Below are positions 34,901-40,189 of a stretch of DNA of 40,189 bases, piece by piece. The stretch covers positions 1 to 40,189 of the forward strand of contig JYFJ02003558.1 in assembly GCA_000934665.2 (NCBI GenBank), in the 5' to 3' direction. The notes under the pieces were generated by a model. The model searched no databases. It had not been told where the DNA came from and saw nothing but the letters and a program-made list of their open reading frames with translations. Origin of the DNA: Catajapyx aquilonaris. Taxonomy: Eukaryota. Every line of letters starts with the position of its first letter. Positions within the stretch are counted from its first letter, which is position 1. A program made the translations under genes and the position numbers.

Positions 34901-37900
34901 TGATGATGACTGCCTGGTTGGACATGCACCGTGAGATCATCTACATCCCCTGGCCTGTGAAGTCATTGCTCCTAAACTGCATCTAGGACATCTGGGGCCT
35001 GATGGTGTGTCAGTGGAGGCTGGACGAGGAGAGTACTTAGGAGGTTTTGTGGTGACCTGTCCACCAGGTATGGGAGTCACTCAGAGAACACTGGGAAACC
35101 TACCGCAACATTGTCACAAGTGTGCTGAGGAGACTCTCCATTGTCATCTCCAGCCAGGGACATTGCATTGCATATTTAAAACTCAAGTGATGACGATGGA
35201 CCAGATCTGGACTACAAAACAGAACTTGAATCACTACCCCTACCTCTGATCCTCAGCCACCTGTCCGGATGGGGTCAGCCAAACTGTTTAGGGCATCAGA
35301 AGAGCCTTCTGCTTGTGGAGTGCCCTAGTAATGTTTCCAGTGAAACAACTAAACTACTCTGGCCTTGATTAGGAATGGATGACATTTAATGTGGCCCTTA
35401 TATTAAATTTGCAGAGAAGAGTATACCGCACTCGTTCCAGACCATTCGGTAACTCCATCCTGAGACGTCATAGGAAGTGATGTGGGTGATGAAAGTAAAG
35501 CACTTTCTCAAAATAATCTCCCTTCACCCCCCTAATCCTGATGCAATGCACTATTAGTGTAAGCAGCAGGCAGACCCATAGTGGGTCGTCCCCATCACCC
35601 ACTCTGTGTAAACAATGGCAACAATCACACCCATCATGGGCTGACTGTGTCGTAACCAGTGCACAATAAGGCAGCTCCAACTACTCAATCGCTGCAGGGT
35701 TTGAATTTGTGGTCGCCTCCCGCAGTGTGCCAGCTATCCCCACTTGCGCCGCCCATGCCTGAAAAATAGCAAGGTACTTCTTTACGTCCAGGTATGTACC
35801 TGGGGCCCTCTTTGTTGCAGGAAACATTTTTTGCCTGTCCTTTTTGAGGCTAAAGGCCAATGTAGATTAACTGTGATACCATTCAGAGGTGGTTCCTTTA
35901 AAATTGAAATTGATGGGCACATTTTGAGAACTTGGCAAAAAGAAATTGTGCTATTAATTCCTGTTAAGAATGGATCAATTAGGTTTTACCATGCTGGGGA
36001 AATACAGGGTGTTTCAGAGTCACGGGTTCAAGTGCGAGGGGGTGGGGAAAAATCATAGGTGGCGACTACCCAGGTCAGTTTTATAAAACAATGAGAAATA
36101 CGGCAGTAATCAATTTATTTATTACGGCCGTATGGCGTGACGTCACATCCTGAGTGGCGAACTGAGTGGCGCGGACTGGCAAATGCAAGGCAAATGCATT
36201 GGGTTGAACCTGGTCGACGGGTTTTTAGCCTTGCGGGTTGCACTGAAAAAGGAGCCCTCATGCAACACCGGCAGGGTACTGAACACACTACTGTACAGTA
36301 GTACACTACTTTGTACAGTACCCTACGGGTATAGCATGAGAGCGCCTTTTTCAGTGCAACCCGCAAGGCTAAAAACCCGTCAACCAGGTTCAACCCAATG
36401 CATTTGCCTTGCATTTGCCAGTCCGCGCCACTCAGTTCGCCACTCAGGATGTGACGTCACGCCATACGGCCATAATAAATAAATTGATTACTGCCGTATT
36501 TCTCATTGTTTTATAAAACCGACCTGGGTAGTCGCCACCTGTGATTCTTCCCCACCCCCTCGCACGCTCTTGACCTGTGAGTCTGAAACACCCTGTAGTG
36601 TAATACATAATATGTGCTACTAGACTGAGGATTGTTTCCATACCCTCCCCCCAACCCAACACCAAAACTTTCATTTTCCAGCCACAGCTGACCAAAATTT
36701 GGAAGGGGTTGTTGAGAGTTGGTGGTGACCACGCTGCTATCCAAATCTACTTTTTCTCAGGAAACAGTTCTGCCGTTCCATTTTTATTTCCAGACCCTTC
36801 CTCAGGCACAAATGTCCCTTCCATCTATGTCAATCGATGGGTCAAGACAAGTCAGGTGACCCGTCTCCTTCCAAATTTAAAACCCTCCCATTACACCATA
36901 CTTTATGCACTTTCCTGGCCTGATCGCATAGCCACCCTGTATAGCCCTCTAAGGGATAGTTTTTTGTCACATTTTAATCGTCGAAAGGCCTCAGCAGTCA
37001 TTCCCATATCAACCCCATGGGCTGCATACAAGCTTTATATCCTGGCCCCTTCTGCAATAACCCGGCGGGTCATCACTCCTGATACAGTCTTGGGTCAACC
37101 CCATCTCGTAGTGTTGGCAGTCAGCACCTGACCTGATCCCTTTTTGTTTGCTGAACCTTGTATATTGTTACCAGGCCGAAATAGAGCGGCTAAGGAAGCA
37201 GGGATCACAGGAACTCAGGAGGGAGCAGGAGCTGCTGAGAGAATTTATAAGGCAGGATTTACCAAAGCCACCCGAGATGGACATAAAGCCAAAGTTGAAG
37301 ATCAGGTGGAAGGCAAAGAAGGACGACCCAAGCAATGGAGGTTACAAGGAGTCAGTGTTGACCGAGATCTTCCAAAAGGTAAAGCACGTTTGAAATCCTT
37401 TCTCAATTACTTCCAATCCCTACAAATCTTGCTTATTTAGCCACTACCCATTTGGCAGAAAATATTAGGTTGGTTATACTGGTTGAGAATCCTTTATCCG
37501 AAATTCCAAAATCCTGAAGTTTATTGAGTGCTGATAATGACACGCTACAAATGGAAAATTCCATGTGAGTGTAACATGACTAGCATCATCTGTACACATG
37601 CAAAATGATTTAAAATGTATGTAGACTACCTTCAGGGCTAATGTATAACCTCCGTTTAAAAATATGTATGGATATTGTGTTCAGGCATTTATTCCATCCC
37701 AAAACTGTCCCATTTTATAGATGCAAATATACGAATATTCCAAAATCCGAAACATTTCTGGTCCGAAGCATTTCGGATCAAGGATTCTCAACCTGTAGTA
37801 GTTAAGGAAACTTCTCTGCTAAACTCCTGGTGCCTCTGAACTCTGATGCTTGCCTCTGCCACACAAGCAGAGACATAACCACAAGCATTTTCAACTTGTA

Positions 37901-38533
37901 CTCTCTGCCAAACATTAATGACACTTTCTCATGGGGAAATGCTTGTGAAAGTGTAACAGTCAAATAAAATGAATAATCTAAAATCTCTAAAAAGTCTAGG
38001 TTGCTATTATGTCATAGCCTACCAGTGCTTCATAGCATTGTATTTGAAATTTCAGTGGAATGACTCACTAGGCTTTCCAAGACTGAAATACAGGCTATAC
38101 TCATAAAGAAGCTACAGAAATGTAGCACTTGTTGCAGAAACATGTAATACTGTATAGTACTGTTGATGCATCATGATAATAAATTCAATAATTTCAGTAT
38201 GGAGAAGTCTGCATAGTTGTCTCATCAAGGAAGACGGGGACTGCACTCATCGAGTTTAAGAGCACAAATGCAGCTGTATGTTTGAATTTCATTTACTTCC
38301 AGAGTCATATTTTTAAATTACAATATAATTTTTTTTTGCAGAGTTTAGCATATAGAAATGAAAAGGGCTTAGAACACAACCCTTTAACCATGGAATGGGT
38401 TCAAGGCCAGCCTGTGGTTCAAGCACGTGTTCAACCAGTTGTTCAACCAGAGGACCCTTTGGATCCAGACTATGAAGATATGGTCCTGATGAAGCTAGTG
38501 GAAGCACAAAGAAAAAGGAAGCAGCAAAGTTGA
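31865..38533 (+). CDS. DNAJC17: DnaJ homolog subfamily C member 17 (J-domain, coiled coil, RRM-like region), 6-exon gene, 285 aa
   Basis: join(31865-31945,32880-33008,33247-33420,37175-37378,38198-38275,38342-38533)=858 nt; all introns phase 0, GT-AG. J-domain DLYGLLGI...[30 protein letters not shown] with [33 protein letters not shown]...NGGY...[23 protein letters not shown] match DNAJC17/Cwc23. Confidence 0.94.
32732..32820 (-). mobile_element. Severely 5'-truncated non-LTR retro-insert (3' tail only)
   Basis: 21-bp TSD tttataactcccattgtatat (32711-32731, 32821-32841); sense tail CCCCCTAAAAGGGCTCTGCCCTATCACGGGGT followed by an A-rich stretch. Confidence 0.85.
32880..33008 (+). CDS. DNAJC17: DNAJC17 exon 2 (HPD motif)
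   Basis: tacag| [21 protein letters not shown]...LLDSSAK |gtacat. Confidence 0.95.
33247..33420 (+). CDS. DNAJC17: DNAJC17 exon 3
   Basis: tctag| AAYDNLVKG...[13 protein letters not shown]...DEERLQ |gtagta. Confidence 0.93.
33956..34490. mobile_element. PIF/Harbinger-type MITE inserted in the Tc1 left arm
   Basis: Perfect 28-bp TIR gggccggttgcaccagtcgcggtatatg; 3-bp TSD TGA (33953-33955, 34491-34493); CpG-rich, so probably young. Confidence 0.88.
34590..35010 (+). pseudogene. Tc1-family DDE transposase remnant
   Basis: [32 protein letters not shown]...[10 protein letters not shown]...[17 protein letters not shown] corresponds to the Tc1 GVG.L..I...NS..Y..ILE / QDNAP.H / WP..SPDLNPIENLW motifs; stops and frameshifts are present. 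Confidence 0.85.
36005..36595. mobile_element. Tc1/mariner foldback MITE, almost completely palindromic
   Basis: ta|cagggtgtttcagag ... tctgaaacaccctg|ta; arms ~36057-36250 and ~36345-36540 are near-perfect reverse complements (mirror ORFs in the track). Confidence 0.93.
37175..37378 (+). CDS. DNAJC17: DNAJC17 exon 4
   Basis: accag| [11 protein letters not shown]...KLKIRWK...NGGY...EIFQK |gtaaag. Confidence 0.93.
37479..37795. mobile_element. Tigger-like MITE (TA TSD) resembling Tigger4/Zombi
   Basis: ta|ctggttgagaatcctttatccgaaat ... atttcggatcaaggattctcaacctg|ta; repeated ttccaaaatcc motifs. Confidence 0.85.
38198..38275 (+). CDS. DNAJC17: DNAJC17 exon 5
   Basis: ttcag| [26 protein letters not shown] |gtatgt. 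Confidence 0.92.
38342..38533 (+). CDS. DNAJC17: DNAJC17 exon 6 (terminal)
   Basis: tgcag| [19 protein letters not shown]...[21 protein letters not shown]. Confidence 0.88.
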   Translation, partial: SLAYRNEKGLEHNPLTMEWVQGQPVVQARVQPVVQPEDPLDPDYEDMVLMKLVEAQRKRKQQS

Positions 38534-38828
38534 CTTGATAACTTATTTTATTCCACTTCTGCTCCAGAAGTTTTGGGGTAAAAAAGTACAAAAACCCATT
38601 TCAAATACTGTATTGTATGAAAAGTCCACACCCATAATAACTTGCACTGTTGTACATCTCCACCTTCATAAATAACATTGTTCATAGACAAAGGGTGAAT
38701 TCAATCTAAACTGATTGGTAATGGTTTCATCAATTTTCCAGTAAATTTAAACATCAAGCTGAAAGTAGCAGATGCGATGTGACACCCTTTTTTGGTTTGT
38801 CACATTTGTGAGGATGAGGCTATACATA

Positions 38829-39356
38829 CAGGGTGTAAATGAATTCGGGGGACAAACTTGTAGGGGTAATAGAGGGGACCAAGACAAACATCTTTGACAT
38901 AGGAACCCGTGTCCGGAAACGCCATCTAGAGGGGGTTCATAGATGAGGAACGGGTGGGCTCAGACACATCAGGCAGGGGGCGTTAGTGGTCGGACCGTTT
39001 AGTTGCTAGGTGGCGCGCGGATTGTACACAACTTTGCAATTCGCCATAACTTGGCAACAACAGAGTTGTTGTTTATTATCTGTGCGCTACCTAGCATGCT
39101 GACTTTAGTTGTTAGGTGGCTCTGTTGTTGCCAGGTTATGGCAAATTGCAAAGTTGTGTACAATCCGCGCCCCACCTAGCAACTAAACGGTCCGCTCGCT
39201 AACGCCGCCCGCCTGACGCGTCTTAGCGCACCCATTCCTTGTCTATGAACCCCCTCTAGATGGCGTTTCCGGACACAGGTTCCTAGGTCAAATATGTTTG
39301 TCTTGGTCCCTTCTATTACCCCTACAAGTTTGTCCCCCGAATTCATTTACACCCTG
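38829..39356. mobile_element. Tc1/mariner foldback MITE downstream of the DNAJC17 stop
   Basis: ta|cagggtgtaaatgaattcgggggacaaacttgtaggggtaatag ... reverse complement|ta; arms pair over ~235 bp with a ~55-nt spacer. Confidence 0.93.
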
Positions 39357-39374
39357 TATAATAACTTGACCCCC

Positions 39375-39380
39375 AATAAA
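39375..39380 (+). terminator. Candidate DNAJC17 polyadenylation signal AATAAA
   Basis: First canonical hexamer I can find downstream of stop 38533; weaker variants (CATAAA, AGTAAA) occur earlier. Confidence 0.35.
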
Positions 39381-40132
39381 AAACTGAGAAGAAATTAGGA
39401 CAATTTATCAATATGTACTTTTAAAATTGCAAGGTTTTCCCTTTTCAAGACATGATGGGGTTGAGGTAACTTGCTATGAATGTTTAGCCAACCATGAACA
39501 ACTCAAAAATAATTCACCAATAATTTTTTCCCCTGGCTTCAGACATGTAAGCAGCCAAATTCCTTGCCCTGAAGGAAAGCATGCATTTAGTCATGAATAG
39601 CCAGATGTCATGTGGAGATGGCACTGTGACATAATTACTTGTGATTTGGGTGTTACTACATGACGCTTTATTATGCAGGTGGCTTCCCACGTGCCAAAAA
39701 TCCATTTCCAACATATTTAGATAGAATTTGCCTTGCTGTCTCACTTTTATCCCTTTTAATATATGTGATTGCACATTAATTTTAGGATTCAGTATTGTGC
39801 TAAGGTACACCTATGTAATATCGTTGTTGTATGAATTGAGTTCTAGTGATATGCAAAATTCATTGAATTAAAGCAAGTCACACACCTGATTAATTTTTCA
39901 CTCCTGATTTAAGTCACAACACTAACAGTGCAAAAAATTCTTACCACCACCAAAACGATCTTCACCCCTCTGAAGCCAACTGCCAATGAGTCATGTGCAG
40001 AAATAACATCTGTTTTTACCTTACCAGTTGTCCAGGAATTCAAATCCAGTTTTTGGGATGACCTGAAACGAGAGAGGTATTACTGGCAAGAAATGCTTAA
40101 GTCCAATTTTCGAGTATTAGCAATTGTATTAG

Positions 40133-40189
40133 CAGCGCCGGCCCTAGAGCAAATGGCGCCCTGGGCGAGGGTTCAAGGAGGCCCCCCCC
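40133..40189. mobile_element. Left end of a hAT-like element, cut by the window edge
   Basis: cagcgccggccctag...ggcgccctgggcga..ggcccccc; same CAGCGCCGG start as element C. Confidence 0.55.

Larger units (their letters stand above)
33603..35807 (+). mobile_element. Old Tc1-like transposon with long (~420 bp) inverted arms in DNAJC17 intron 3
   Basis: Left arm 33603-34556 (excluding the Harbinger insert) pairs with 35390-35807, e.g. tgcttacactaatagtg / cactattagtgtaagca and aatttaatataagg / ccttatattaaatt; exact termini uncertain. Confidence 0.78.

Noticed and set aside
36115..36482. Two near-identical 99-aa ORFs on opposite strands ([14 protein letters not shown]...)
   Set aside because: Mirror-image artefact of the palindromic MITE at 36005-36595; no protein motif.

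Overview
Eukaryotic (animal, most likely arthropod/pancrustacean, inferred from the proteins and SINE types) genomic DNA containing three complete spliced housekeeping genes that I assembled by hand with GT-AG junctions and consistent phases: alpha-SNAP/NAPA (+, 5 exons, 13272-19111, 293 aa), COG2 (-, 9 exons, 31499-20354, 713 aa) and DNAJC17 (+, 6 exons, 31865-38533, 285 aa). NAPA and COG2 are convergent with stops about 1.2 kb apart; COG2 and DNAJC17 are head-to-head with ATGs 365 bp apart. The intergenic DNA and introns are densely filled with transposon debris, most of it delimited by visible TIRs and target-site duplications: hAT, piggyBac-type (TTAA), Tc1/mariner, pogo/Tigger, PIF/Harbinger and Sola-like MITEs, hAT and Tc1 transposase remnants, six tRNA-derived SINEs and one 5'-truncated retro-insert. 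The main points of interest are: a covarying RNA stem-loop tail shared by five retro-inserts of different families, a MITE resembling mammalian Tigger4/Zombi, multi-level nested insertions, long foldback elements inside the DNAJC17 transcription unit, probable NAPA/COG2 3'-end overlap, and a candidate spliced transcript divergent from NAPA. Family names come from memory of consensus features; no database search was run.
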